From NCBI GenBank assembly GCA_038087875.1, contig CM075989.1:2418001-2482000 (forward strand): a stretch of DNA of 64,000 bases. The letters run 5' to 3'. Made by a program: the position numbers and the translations under genes. Origin of the DNA: Malacoraja senta (lineage: Eukaryota). Of the stretch, positions 51,148 to 64,000 are shown in pieces (position 1 is the first letter of the stretch; each line of letters opens with the position of its first letter). A model generated the notes under the pieces. It saw only the letters and a program-made list of their open reading frames with translations. It was not told the origin of the DNA and searched no databases.

Positions 51148-51203
51148 AGGAACTTCAACAAAAGCTATCTGGCCACAATCTTGCCAATTATGGGACCACT
51201 CAT
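51148..51203 (-). CDS. Candidate 56-nt exon EWSHNWQDCGQIAFVEVP
   Basis: Donor CT/GTAAGT; acceptor gttttcag overlaps a pLTR fragment; only phase 1-0 is open. Confidence 0.22.
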
Positions 51204-51244
51204 CTGAAAACGGGTCCCGATCCAAAATGTCACCTATCCATGTC

Positions 51245-51575
51245 AATAGACAATAGACAATAGACAACAGGTGCAGGAGTAGGCCATTCGGCCCTTCGAG
51301 CCAGCACCCCCATTCAATGTGATCATGGCTGATCTTCACCCCATTCCTGCTTTCTCCCCATATCCCCTGACTCCGCTATATTTAAGAGCCCTATCTAGCT
51401 CTCTCTTGAAAGCATCCAGAGAACCTGCCTCCACCGCCCTCCGAGGCAGAGAATTCCACAGACTCACCACTCTCTGTGAGAAAAAGTGTTTCCTCGTCTC
51501 CGTTCTAAATGGCTTATTCCTTATTCTTAAACTGTGGCCCCTGTTCTGGACTCCCCCAACATCGGGAACATGTTC
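51245..51575 (-). mobile_element. CR1 3' end
   Basis: ACAATAG tail; homologous to 3270-3590. Confidence 0.85.
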
Positions 51576-54500
51576 TCCAGAGATGCTGCCTGACCCATTG
51601 AGTTACTCCAGCACTTTGTGCTCCATGCAATATTACAGCACCAGCAGTTCCGTGTGCCTCCATTTTACTGCTTATTTGCATTTGAATATGTGTCTTTGAA
51701 TCATACAAGTCTTTAGGTTACAAGACCACCATTTATTGCCCCTCCTAACTGCCATTGAGACGACAAGGCAGACCTACTGGTCTTTCTGGACAAGGTCTTC
51801 TTTCAGTACATTCCAGGATTTAGACCCAGGAACAATAATGTAACTGCGATTTTTGTCCAAGTTGGGAGATGTGGGGGTTAGAGGGGAGTATGCAGGCTTA
51901 GCTTGTCCTCACTGGTGGTAGATGTCATGGGTTTCAGATGTGCCGTTGAAGCACTCTGGGTGAGTATTTGCAGTGCAATTTGCAGATAAGAGTCATAGGG
52001 TCTTGGAGTCAAGACCAAAGGACATGGGACTAGTGTAGATGGGGCATGTTGATCGGCATGGGCAAGTTGGGCTGGATGGGCTGTGTCAACCATGTATGAC
52101 TCTGAAACTCTAAGTCATACAGCGTGGAAACAAGTCCTTCACCCCAACTTGCCCTTGTCAACTAAGATGCCCCATCAACACTAGTTCCATCTGCCTGCAT
52201 TTGGTCAATATTCCTCTAAACCTTTCCTACCCATGCACCTGTCCAAGTGTCTTTTAAAAATATTGTTATAGTATCTGCCCCAACTACCTCCTTTGGCAGC
52301 TTTTCCCACATACCCATCACTCTCTGTGTGAAAACAATCCCATCAGGTTCCTATTACATCTTTCCCCTCTCACTTTAAACCTATGCCTCCCCAACTCTGG
52401 GTAAATGACTGTGCATTCACCTCATAATTTCATACACCTCTATTAGAACAGCCCATGGCCTCCTGTGCTCCAAGGAATGAAGTCCCAGCCTATCCAACCT
52501 CTCCCTTTTGCTCAGGCCCTCAAGTCCTGGCAACATCCTGTAAATCCTCTCCACACCCGTTCCAGACTAGCATCATCCTTTCTGGAGCAGGGTGACCAAA
52601 ACTAAACACAATACTCTAAGTGTAGGAAGGAACTGCAGACGCTGGCTTACACCGAAGATAGACACAGAATGGTGGAGTAATCAGCGTGTCAGGCAGCATC
52701 ACTGGAGAAAAGGAATAGGTGACGTTTCGCATCGAGACCCTTCCTCAGACTGAGAGTCAGGGAAAAGAGAAACTAGAGGTATGAAAAGGTACAGAACAAG
52801 TCCGAGCTGGCGATGATGACCAAGGAAAGGTAGAGCCCACAATGGCCCATTGTTGGCTGTGGAAGAGGTGATAAAAAATGGATACGAACAGTGGACCTAG
52901 CGGGATGACAGGGACAATCCACTAAGTGTGGCCCCACCAATGTACAATTGGAAGTGCAAGACATTGGTGAGGCCGCACTTAGCGTGGAAGATGGCAGCTG
53001 GAAGATGGTACACACTGTAGACTGTGCACTGGTAATACTGGCGAGGATGGCTGGAGAAGTGGACAGAGTGGCAATCTGCAAGCTGCTTTGTTGACCTGAT
53101 GTTAGATGTAAGGGAAGTCAGCTTGCATTTTCTATGAAGCATCTGAAGACCATTGCCTGATGTAAAGACAGAAATCACCAACGCAGCAATCTTAAATATC
53201 CCTCATTTTGTAATTTAGCCTAAATTATTCCCAGCCTTAGTTCCACCTTCTTATCTGAATAAGAACAAGGATGTGATCGATTCCAGCAGAATACATTAAA
53301 TTATCTGTGAGAATGTTCCAGATAAAGAACCTCCAGGTTGGTCACTCTGTCAGCTATTCATTGATCAGTGTTCCACACTAAACCTGCCAGAGAAATCTGA
53401 ATCATTATCTAATTCCACCCCAGCTTGCTCGCATTGATTTTATTATTTGTGTCAGCCACCATGCTCATGTCTCTCTAATATCAGATTGGTTGCGGGATCT
53501 GAATCAGCCGTGCGTAGTGAAAATCATTCTCCCACTAGACAAGGAGGCAGAGTGCTCTTTGATTGTTCACAAAGTCAAGTGGTTCACTTATTGCCCAACA
53601 CAGTCTCCACTGCAACTGAGCGACCGATCGCTCCAAATCTATCGAACTTGCTGGTTAAAAAACTATAAGCTCTTGCTTCATCTTACATCAGTGATGCTCC
53701 ATCATTGCAGCTGAACACTCGTACAAGATGAAGTCTTTGCCCCGTTCAATTCTACCGTTCAACCCCCGATTAGATTGTTGTTGGAGTGAGCTTCTGCAGC
53801 AGCGGTAGGCATCTGTCTGCACTGCGCTGAGCATTTTGATCCAGGGCACTCTCAAAGGAGGCGAACCGGCTGAGGTCGGCGAGTTGCAGAAATCCTCCAC
53901 ACCTCCCAGGCTTTGTGCTGGGTCAGGGTTGGCATGAACCCAGCAATGTTCTGGTTCAGTGACACAGCAGAGCGTTGATGAGCTGGCAGTAAGTACTGCA
54001 ATTCCTCACAGCTCAAAGGTTATTACACGATACACCAACTCGCACAAGTCTGAATCACTTTCTCATGGAATCATGCAGGCCCTTCGACCCAACATCCGTG
54101 CTGACCAATATGCCCCATCTAAGATGGAGCCATTTGGCTCGTATCCCTCAAAACCTGTCCCAAGTGCCTTTTAAATGATGTTATAGCACCTGCTTCAACT
54201 ACCTCCTCGGGTACCTTGTTCCAAATACCCATCACTGAAAAGGTTGCCACTGAAGTTCCAATTAAACCATTCCCCTCTCTCCTTAAACCTATGTTGCCTG
54301 GTTCTTGATTCCTCTACCCTGGGGAAAACAGTTTGTGCGTTCACCCTATCTGTCTATTGTCTGTCCAACCTCTCCCTGTAGCTCAGGCTATTTGAGTCTT
54401 GGCAAAATCCTCAGAAATCTTCTCTGCAATCTTTCAGGTTTAAAATAATTTTCACTCCCAGAAATATGGTCCACTTTCTCTTGCATTCGTTGAGGTTCGC

Positions 54501-54592
54501 AACTTTGTTCAATTCACCAAACACTGCTCTTATCTTTACCTGCATTTTATAACTAATGCTGAGCTTTTGCTGTTCCCATTCATCTTACTCAC

Positions 54593-54656
54593 ATGGTATG
54601 TGAGGGTGAATATTGACATTAACATCTGCAAACAGACATCCTTTGCAAACTTGGCC
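54593..54656 (-). CDS. Candidate exon GQVCKGCLFADVNVNIHPHIP (or a shorter 33-nt form ending at 54625)
   Basis: Donor AT/GTGAGT; acceptors gtttcaacag or ctgtttgcag. Confidence 0.22.
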
Positions 54657-55239
54657 CTGTTGAAACATACTGGTCTTCAACAATAAATTTCCTTGACCTA
54701 AATGTGGACCACTTTCCCTCTCGGAGGCACCAAACTTGAATGGAGGCAGTCATCGCCTTTCAATGATAAAAGTCACCACTGACTAGAATCTTTAGCCATC
54801 ATTCATATGTTCTAGCAGCAGGATTAGGCCATTCGACCCATCAAGTCTACTCTGCCATTTAATCACGGCTGATCTATCTTTCCCTCTCAACCCCATTCTC
54901 CTGCCTTCTCCCCACAACCCCTGACACACTCACTAATCAGAATCTATCTATCTCTGCCTATAAAAATATCCATTGACTTGGCCTCCACAGCCTTCTGTGG
55001 AAGACATCAAGATGGCAAACCTAACATAGAGCTTACAGATTAGAGGGCAGTGTTCATCCCTCCCCCCTGTATACTTTAGAGACATGGACTCTCCACAACT
55101 GGCACCCCAAAGACAGAGAGATATGACTGATGCTGCTCCCTAATACATATTCAAATCCATTGGCAGTAAAAGCAAACCAACAACGGTGTTCACTCCCAGG
55201 CCAATATCTCAAGCACTGAGGCCCTAACAAAAAAGAAGT

Positions 55240-56010
55240 AAAAAGTCAAGTATCCTTTATTGTCATTCAGACTTTTCAGACTGAACAAAATGTTGTGCCT
55301 TGCAATCATAACATAGAATAAAATAACAAAACACACAATAAACACAGATTTAACCAGGCCCTCCTCACTGTGATGGAAGGCAAAAGTCTTAAAGTCCTTG
55401 TCTCTTCCCTCCTTGTTCTCCCTCTGAATTGAGGCGATCCAGGCTTCCGATGTTGTGACCCCGCCGGGTGATGGTAAGTCCCGCGACCGAATCCGAGCTC
55501 CGCGAACGGGCCGGTTCAAACTCCGCAGCCCGGGGCGGACGAAGCTGCCACCCTCCAGTCCAGCGGACAAAGCTGCCGTTATGGGAGCTCCGGAGAACCT
55601 GGGACCTGCGAGCTCCCAACGATGTCATCCAATGGGCCCGCGGCCGAGCCTCCGAGGCTCCGAAGTCGGGTCGCCGCCGCCGCAACGCCACCACAGCCCC
55701 GAAGTCGGCCAGCCTCGCATTGGTAAGTCCTGGCTCTGCCTCCGAAGCCTCGAGGTTGGTCCCAGTTGGAGGCCGCCAGCTCCGCCATTAGGCCTCAGCG
55801 CAGACGGAGACGGAGACGGGGGATACGACAAGAAAAGGTCGCATCCCTCCGAAGGAAGAGACTAAAACCAAGTTTCTCCCACCCCCCACACATACACAAC
55901 TAAAATAAACTGAAATAAACTGAAACAACAGGACAAAAGAAAACAAAAAAAAGAAAAGACAAACGGACTGCAGGCGAGCCGCAGCTGCAGGGCAGTGCCG
56001 CCACTTCCGG
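55240..56010 (-). mobile_element. Non-coding GC-rich retroposon (non-autonomous LINE-like)
   Basis: Minus-strand start GGAAGTGGCGGC, CpG-rich body, 3' GAATGACAATAAAGGATACTTGAC tail resembling the Rex-type 3'UTRs. Confidence 0.55.
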
Positions 56011-56759
56011 ACCGGAATTACACACAATGATCTCTGATGGGCATGCTGCAACATATACATGTCCAACACTAGACTTCAGGAGGCTGAAGTCTTCAGATGA
56101 GTCTGAAGAAGGATCTCGACCCGTAATATCACGTATTCCATCTCTCCACGGATGCTGCCTGACCCGTTGAGTTACTCCAGTATTTTGTGTCTATCCACTA
56201 ATCTTCAGAAACAGACAAACCGTTCTTAGATCAGTAATGGAAAGAGATTATTGGATGTACAAAGAAAAAAAAAATCAAGGATGCTCTAAAATTCTCAAAG
56301 GCTCCATGAAAGTGTATAAAAACAAAGAACTGCAGGTGCTAGTTTATGCCAAAGATGGACACAAAGTGCTGGAGTGACTCAGCTGTTCAGGCAGCATCTC
56401 TGGAGATAAAGGATGAGCGATGTTTTGGGTTGAGACCCTTCTTCGGACTGTAAAGTGATAAAATGGTACACTGTTCAGTTGTGAAATAAGTGAAAGATGT
56501 TACACGGAAAAAAGTGTAACGTCTGCATCGGCACATTGGAAAACTTTGGCCCTGAAATGGAGTAAGCCAATTATGCCTGCATAGCCCTTCAATAAAATCA
56601 TGACTGATCTTCTCCCTGAGGTCCACTTAGATGCACCATCCCCATATCTCTTGATCCCCTCAATATCCAAAAATATATTGGCCTGCCTTGAATGTACACA
56701 TCCACTGTCCTATAACATGTGAGTCCCCAAGTTACCTACCAATTGTTAAGACTACATGT

Positions 56760-57945
56760 GTTAAAGAAGGAACTGCAGATGCTGGAAAATCGAAGGGACA
56801 CAAAAATGCTGGAGAAACTCAGCGGGTGATAGACTCCTTACCGACATCCACTACAAACCTACCGACTCCCATGGCTATCTGGACTACACTTCTTCCCACC
56901 CTGCTTCCTGTAAGGACTCCATCCCCCACTCCCAATTCCTCCGTCTACGCCGCATCTGCTCCCAGGATGAGGCGTTCCACACCAGGGCATCTGAAATGTC
57001 CTCATTCTTCAGGGAACGGGGGTTCCCCTCCTCCACCATAGATGAGGCTCGCACCAGGGTCTCTGCCATACCCCGCAACACTGCTCTCTCTCCCCATCCC
57101 CCCACTCACAACAAAGGCAGAGTCCCCCTAGTCCTCACCTTTCACCCCACCAGCCGTCACATACAACAAGTGATCCTCCGTCAGTTTCGCCACCTCCAAC
57201 GTGACCCCACCACTCGCCACATCTTCCCATCTCCCCCTATGTCTGCCTTCCGCAAATACCGCTCCCTCCGTAACTCCCTTGTCAATTCTTCCCTTCCCTC
57301 CCATACCACCCCCTCCCCTGGTACTTTCCCTTGCAACCGCAAGAGATGCAACACTTGTCCCTTCACTTCCCCCCTCCACTCCATTCCAGGACCCAAGCAG
57401 TCGTTCCAGGTGCGACAGAGGTTCACCTGCATCTCCTCCAACCTCATCTATTGCATTCGCTGCTCTAGATGCCAGCTGATCTACATCGGTGAGACCAAGC
57501 GGAGGCTTGGCGATCGTTTCGCCGAACACCTCCGGTCGGTCCGCAATAACCAACCTGAACTCCCGGTGGCTCAGCACTTCAACTCCCCCTCCCATTCCGT
57601 ATCTGACCTCTCTGCCCTGGGTCTCCTCCATGGCCACAGCGAGCAACACCGTAAATTGGAGGAAATGCACCTCATATTCCGCTTGGGCAGTCTACATCCT
57701 GGTGGCCTGAACGTTGAATTCTCCCAATTCTGCTAGCCCTGGCTGTCCCCTCCCCTTCATCAGCCCTCTGGTTGTCTCCTCCCCTCCCCCAGCCCTCGGG
57801 CTCCTCCTCCTCCTTTTCCTTTTTTCCTTTCTTCTCCCCACCCCCTATCAGTCTGAAGAAGGGTTTCGGCCCGAAACGTTACCTATTTCCTTCGCTCCAT
57901 AGATGCTGCTGCACCCGCTGAGTTTCTCCAGCATTTTTGTGTACC
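56760..57945 (+). mobile_element. Penelope-like element, 5'-truncated, with inverted 5' pLTR piece and 16-bp TSD
   Basis: ORF 56996-57736 (246 aa, linker + GIY-YIG); TGTTAAGACTACATGT at 56744-56759 and 57946-57961. Confidence 0.95.
57851..57883 (+). ncRNA. Minimal hammerhead ribozyme motif in the Penelope pLTR
   Basis: GT-CTGAAGA-A-GGGT(TTCG)GCCC-GAAA-CGTT-AC; palindromic AACGTT in place of stem III. Confidence 0.65.
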
Positions 57946-58271
57946 TGTTAAGACTACATGTTTGGTACACATATTTTGATGGGGAATAGGTTGTAAAGTA
58001 TGAGGTTACCATTGGGGTAAAGTCAATACACTACTGATGTTTTCTGCAAGGAGCCTTGACACAATGTTAGTTCCTCTCTTTCCCTCTCTATCTTTCTTTT
58101 ATATTTCCAAGTTTATACATGATGGGAATTTGGGAGGAATAGCACGTTGTGTTGATGTTACAAAGGAATGCGGACTTAGTGAACAGATAGAAGTTAGTGC
58201 AGGGAAGTGTACAATCATCAACTTTAAACCATGGAACAACAAAATGGAGTATTCTCTTGATCAAGAAGGCA

Positions 58272-58590
58272 GTTTAGTTTAGTTTAGATTTAAAGTGAGG
58301 AACCAGGCCCATCGTCCCACTGAGTCCTCACCAACCTGTGATCCCCACACATTAACGCTATCCAACACACACTAGAGACAATATACATTTATACCAAGCC
58401 AATTAACCTACAAACCTGTACATCTTTGGATTGTGGGAGGAAACTGAAGATCTCGGAGAAAACCAATGCGGTCACGTGGCGAACATACAAACTCCGTACA
58501 GACTGTGCCTGTAGTCGGGATCGAACCTGGGTCTCTGGCACTGTGAGCGCTGTAAGGTAGCAGCTCTACCGCCGCGCCACCGTGCCGCCC
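58272..58590 (-). mobile_element. HE1-like V-SINE
   Basis: Full GGGCGGCACGGTGGCGCGGCGGTAGAG head on the minus strand. Confidence 0.88.
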
Positions 58591-59138
58591 TTTGAACACG
58601 GGGTCACTGTACAGTCATGTGTCCAAGTGCACAATAGAGAGAATTGTTAGTGCATGGATACAAACTAATCATGAGGTGTAATGAAAACTTGCCCATTGCA
58701 TTGTAAGTGTTGGAGGAAGTGACCTTTACACAGAACCTTGGTTATCTGGGGCTCTGCTTATATCAGTGAGGTGTTGGCAGAGAAATTTCACCCCATAGCT
58801 TTGCCAAAACGTTACAAGTCGTGCTGAGTTAAATTGCAGCACCAGGTTGCGGAAACATAATATGTGTTTCCTGAAGTTTAGAAGGTTGCATCAAATATCA
58901 TAAGGGACTCGATGTTGTAGCCAAAATTAAATCTGGCTGGTGAAGCCGGACAAATGGGCTGTGATTTAAAAGTGTAAAATTGACCATTTGTAAATAAAAG
59001 TAAGAAACAACTTCTCTCCAGAAACTGATTTATAAGGAAATATGTTCCTGTTCCAATATTCAGTAATATCATTTGATGTATGCCCTATTCTGCTTCTCTC
59101 CCATTCCTGAAAATCTTAGCTTTATCAACTAGTTTAAG

Positions 59139-59937
59139 CAGGGTCGGAAATCCCGGGGGGGGCAGGGGGGACACAGCCCCCCCCCCCTGTTTTGAGGGGT
59201 GGGGGACGATCCCCACCCCACCTTTTTTTGTAATCCGGATTTTAAAACTCTGTGAAATTTCCGCTTTCCGCGAGACAGTGGGGGTGGGACTGATGATCGA
59301 GGGCGCCTATTGGATGAGAGAGACGTCGATCAGCAGGCAATGGGGGCGGGACATGATGATTCAGTGCGATGATTGGAGGAGGGAGGTGTCGGTCAGAGGC
59401 GGAAGTAGGGGGGTGTGACAGAGGATAGAGCACGGTGATTGGAGGTGGGAGACGTGCCCAGGTCATAGGGTCACAATTGAAAAGCACTCTCGGCAGCCCT
59501 GTACATAGACCTGCACCTCATCCACAGCCAGGATCGATCCCGAGTCTCCAGCGCTGCAATCGCTGCTGAACCACCACTGGACCATCCCCGTCCCCACCCG
59601 AGAGCCTTCCCACGCCCGGGGGTGCCCCCAGGCCCACAGCCAGCGCAGAGAAGCAACGCTAAATCCAGCTCAACTCTGCCTCTCCCGCCAGGTTAACCTA
59701 CAGCCCTGCCTGGACTTGCAGGAAATATGTCATCAGTCCAGGCAGGGCTGTAGGTTAACCTGGCGGGAGAGGCAGAGTTGAGCTGCATTTAACGTTGGAT
59801 TGAGCTGAAATTACCATTCACAGGGCCTCCGAAGCCTCGCCTGTGTGAGTGTGCGCATGAGCGCGCGGCCGCCAAGATATTGTGTCCCCCCCTGTCCCCC
59901 GGTCCCCCTCATATTTTGATAGCGATTTCCGTGCCTG
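59139..59937. mobile_element. hAT-like MITE
   Basis: TIR CAGGGTCGGAAATC / GATTTCCGTGCCTG; 8-bp flanks AGTTTAAG / TGTTTAAG (7 of 8 match). Confidence 0.85.
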
Positions 59938-60699
59938 TGTTTAAGGCAGTTGAGGCAGGTATTGGTTGAGGCAGGTACTGTAGCAACACTTAAAAGCCAT
60001 TTGGACAGGTATATGGAAATGAATGGTTTAGAAGGATAAGGGTCATACGCGAACAGGCAGGACTAGTGTAGATGGAGCATCTTGGTTGGTGTGGGCAAGT
60101 TGAGCCGAATGGCCAATTTCCATGTTGTACGACTCTAACTCATCAGTTTACCTTAGCCTTAAGAGGATTAAATATTCTACTTCTACTGGTCTCAGTGGAA
60201 GAGCATAGTTGATGACAATTTGAAGTGTGTAGGAAGGAACTGCTGATGCCAGTTTACACCGAAGATAGACACAAAATGCTGGAGCAACTCAGTGGGTCAG
60301 ACAGCATCTCTGGAGAAAAGGGATAGGTGACGTTTCAGGTTGAGACACTTCTTCAGACTGAAATGAAATGTTCTCCCCAAGGTGGCATTTGATGCTCAGG
60401 CAACATGAAATCTTCAACATTAACACTGATGAAAATTCTGTCAGCAGAAAGTATTAGAGTATGTGGACCAAAGGCAGGTGAATTGGTTATTGTATGGTTC
60501 AGTCTAATAGATCTAATGGAGTGGCAGTTCAGGTTGCAGGGGATAGATTGCCTGCTCCTTGCCCATGCCTCTATAAAGCTCAGAAATGTAATGGGGAAAT
60601 ACATCAATGTGTTTCCTTCATGAAGTCTAATCAAAGTTTGAAAACCCCCTGTATGTTTGGACTATGAATCTCTCAGTACCTGAACTTTAAATACTGAAT

Positions 60700-61336
60700 T
60701 AACGATGGTGTCAAGTGCGTCCGTGCTGAGGGGTAAATGTAAGGCTCACAGTGTGAACTGAGGGTTCGAACCTCCACAGACAGACTGGTCAACTACCAAA
60801 TGATGCGTGAGGTGCAATGGATGCTCAGATGTGGACCTTGATCCTAGGAGCAAACGTCTGGTGAGATGGAGACGCCACAGTGAGGTGGGGAGATGGTCAC
60901 TCCTAGCTCCCTGACATCCTGGTGGCAGAGTCGTTCTTCTTCTAAGGCCCCACTCGGTCATGGCTGACCATGGGTGTCTCCAGGGTTGGAGGACGCCTGG
61001 GCTTGACTTTGTATAACCTGGGGAGACTGGTGAACAGACAGCCACCCCACAGTCCTTGACAGATCTGGGTCAGGATCCAGTGGCATGGAGTCCAAGACGA
61101 CCGGAGACCCTTTTCTGCTGCAGCCTTCATCCGCCTCCCCAGCCGTTGTGACGCTCCACTACGGTCAGCCATCGTCCTCCGCCTGTTCCACCGTTGAGGT
61201 CTTGGTTGGATTGCTCTCTGTCAGAGTCCTCCCCCTCAACCTTACCGCCATGGGTGGCCCTGCCAGGAGCATAGCTCCAGACAGCATCGCTCTCAGGATC
61301 TCAGGACCACACAAGCTTCTCCACCACGACAAGGCG
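60700..61336 (-). mobile_element. RTE-clade retrotransposon 5' region
   Basis: Minus strand GCCTTGTCGTGGTGGAGAAGCTTG..CAGGGCCACCCATGGC..TCTGAC matches the 5'UTR pattern of BovB/Rex3/Sauria-SINE-type elements. Confidence 0.65.
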
Positions 61337-61682
61337 TCAAGCTTTCTAGATCCAGTTCTTGAGTCATTAATCACAGGGTAAGGTACGCACACCAAGAATA
61401 GGTAGGAAGTGACTCGACCCGAAACGTCACCCATTCCTTTTCTCCAGAGATGCTGCCTGACCCGCTGTTACTCCAGCATTTTGTGTCTATCTTCACAAAT
61501 AATGGGAACGGGTATCTTAAAGTCATTAAGGTGGCCCTTTTGAACAATAGAGGCACAAGCAGGTACGCATGGAAACAGACCATTTGACCAGCAGAACTAT
61601 GGTGCAGGTGAATCCTTGAGGCGGTTTCTTAATGAGAATGTTAGTAGAATTAGAAACTTAGGAATTAATGTAGGATTAATGT

Positions 61683-62629
61683 AAAGGGCAATTAAACCCG
61701 GGGGGGGGGTGGAGATGGTGGGGACACGTCCCTCCCATGTTTGAGAGGTGGGGGACAATCCCCCCCATCCCCAATGTTTTGTAATCCGGATTTTGAAATA
61801 TGGTAAAATAAAATCTATAAGAATCTCCGCTTTCTGCGAGACAGTGGGGGTGTCACTGTTAAGTGTTTGTTAAATGTCTCTATTAACATCGTATTAACAC
61901 GATGTGTCACCAATTGTCATTTGACCTTCAAGTACTACTGAAGGTATTCACGGAGAATTTCTTAAAGCTGTCTGATGCGGGTACATTTACCATTTGAACT
62001 AATTGGATGTATTGGTGGATGGGAAAGATTTAAACGGGTATTGGATTTAAACGGGTCAGATCATTAAGGGGTCTGGTCGAACGGGTTTCCTGGCTGGCTT
62101 GCAGGTAAGTCCCACATTCACGGTCACTCACGTTATTTAGTAATTGTTTTCCATTCTCTCTCTCTCTCTCTCTCCCACCGTTCCAAGGTTGGTTCTTCAG
62201 TTTGCCTTTATTTTGCTTCAGTTTCATTTGTTTAAGTGTTATTTATCACATTGTAGCTTTTGAAAGATTAAAGCGGGTACCAGACGCTTTCTAAGGGCCT
62301 TTCCTTGCCCAGCGCAGCTTAAAATCAATCTGCTGCATTGAGGCGATCGAGGCTCCCAATGTTGAAGCCCCCGCCGGCAGATTTTAAGCCGCGCTGGGCG
62401 ATGAAAGGCCCCGCAAACGGGCCGATTCAAGCCCCACAATTCAGGCAGACGAAGCTGCAGTTGCTGGAGTTCGGAGTCGGTCACCAACCAGGTCAGCTCC
62501 CGATGTTACCGTCCACAGGGAAACATGGCCGAAGCCTCGCATGCGTGCGTGTGTGCACGTGACCAAGAAATTGTGCCCCCAAATTGTGTCCCCCCCCCAC
62601 CCATGTTTTGAGAGTGATTTATGCCCCTG
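61683..62629. mobile_element. Second, older hAT-like MITE of the same family
   Basis: Shares TTTTGTAATCCGGATTTT, CCGCTTT..GCGAGACAGTGGGGGTG and the right end (TTGTGTCCCCCCC..GATTTATGCCCCTG) with 59139-59937; interior differs. Confidence 0.7.
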
Positions 62630-63001
62630 GGTTGGTGGATGGTAGGGAGTGTTTCTGTGCTGCATCTATCCATAACTCTTTGACTCTAACAGTCTGCGTA
62701 GGCCATCAAGCACTCGTTTATACTGATCGACCTAACCCATTGTATTCATATTTCCCCAATACCCAGATTCTATCACTCTCACAACTCCAGACACTTAGAC
62801 TTAATGCTGCACAGGTGACATATTTAACCCACATTGTTTTTTCAGTTCAGTTTAGTTTATTGTCACATGTATGGAGGTACAGTGACAAGCTTTTGTTGCG
62901 TGCTACCTAGTCAGCATAAAGGCATTTGAGAAGGGACTGGAAACTGGAGCACCTGTAGAAACCCACGCAGTCACAACACCAGGGGTCAGGGTTGATCCTA
63001 A

Positions 63002-63219
63002 AGGGCCTGTCCCACAGAGCCGACTCTTAAGGCGACTGCCAGGGACTAGTTTGAATGGAATTCACCTACGACACCTGGCGACAACCTATGACAGCACCTG
63101 CGACAAACTACCACAGCAAAAACTCTTGCCAACGTCGCCGAAAATATTTCAACATGTTGAAAGTTTTGCGGCAGTCGCCTGTAGTCGCCCAAAAAAATCG
63201 CCTAAGTGGGACAGGCCCA
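63002..63219. mobile_element. Harbinger-type MITE
   Basis: AGGGCCTGTCCCAC / GTGGGACAGGCCCA; flanks TAA and TTA; shares TTTCAACATGTTGAA with the 38750 element. Confidence 0.82.
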
Positions 63220-63519
63220 TTAGTCACAGGAACTCTACCAACTGCAACATTGTGCCATGCATGAAAATGTTGCTCTCGGTAATGCGTGCAGGAGAAGAGA
63301 TTACATCCTTGATAGATCCAGTACTTGAAATGTAATTCATCATTGAACCTTGGCAACCTGAAATGTGTTTCTGTCAATGTCCTGGCAGCGAAATCCTCCT
63401 CGTCCCCAGCTGAGGTTGGTGCTCATTGGTGTTGTATCTCAATTCATCGTACACCCAAGAAGCGAGCCAGTCCTGGGCAATGCAGTGGGCCATACATGCT
63501 GCCTAAAATCAATAAAGAC

Positions 63520-63820
63520 ACAGGGTGGCATGGCGACATGGTGATAGAGCTACTGCCTTACAGCGCCAGAGATCTTGGTTCAATCCTGATTACGGTTTGT
63601 ATCTTGTCCCCGTGACCTGCGTGGGTTTTCTCCGAGATCTTCGGTTTCCTCCCACACTCTAAAGACGTACAGGTTTGTAGGTTAATTGGCCTAAATGTAA
63701 ATGTAAAATGTTCCTTAGTGTGTGTAGGGTGGTGTTAAAGTGCAGGGATCTCCGGTCAGCGTAGACTCGGTGGGACGAAGGGCTGTTTCTGCGCTGTATC
63801 TCTAAACTAATCTAAACTAA
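63520..63820 (+). mobile_element. HE1-like V-SINE
   Basis: Head, partial V-domain and CTAAA tail. Confidence 0.82.
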
Positions 63821-64000
63821 ACAAAGTACTGGAATAACTCAGCGTTGAGTAAACCAGCGTCCGCAGATCCTTGTGTTTAGATTAGTTTGGAGATACAGCG
63901 CGGAAACAAGCCCTTTGGCCCACAAAGTCCACACCGATCAGCAATCCCCGTACACAAGCACTATCCAACACATTTGGGCCAATTTACAATTTTGAACAAT

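Noticed and set aside
53688..53900. GC-richer unique stretch with a minus-strand donor at ~53686 as a coding exon
   Set aside because: Stops interrupt all frames before the donor; at most a non-coding exon, unsupported

Overview
Eukaryotic, repeat-saturated DNA, almost certainly from a cartilaginous fish (probably a skate or ray). This is inferred from about 20 HE1-type tRNA-derived V-SINEs and their partner CR1/HER1-type LINEs. There is no intact host ORF, rRNA, tRNA gene or CRISPR array. The window holds many CR1 fragments (one ~3.1 kb copy has a frameshifted EN+RT ORF2), an L1 3' fragment with TSD, Rex1/Babar fragments, an RTE 5' region and DeuSINE relics. It also holds four Penelope-like (GIY-YIG) elements and many short pseudo-LTR derivatives with minimal hammerhead-ribozyme motifs, seven PIF/Harbinger-type TIR elements (one with a transposase remnant), two hAT-like MITEs, a probable non-autonomous Helitron and a 200-N gap. 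Most interesting: (1) the dense population of hammerhead-bearing Penelope mini-elements with odd integration footprints; (2) Harbinger elements whose TWA flanks usually disagree at the middle base; (3) a phase-compatible chain of candidate minus-strand exons (54.6 kb to 18.1 kb) for an unrecognised gene or lncRNA. Family names come from motif recognition by eye, not database searches, and boundaries of decayed repeats are approximate.
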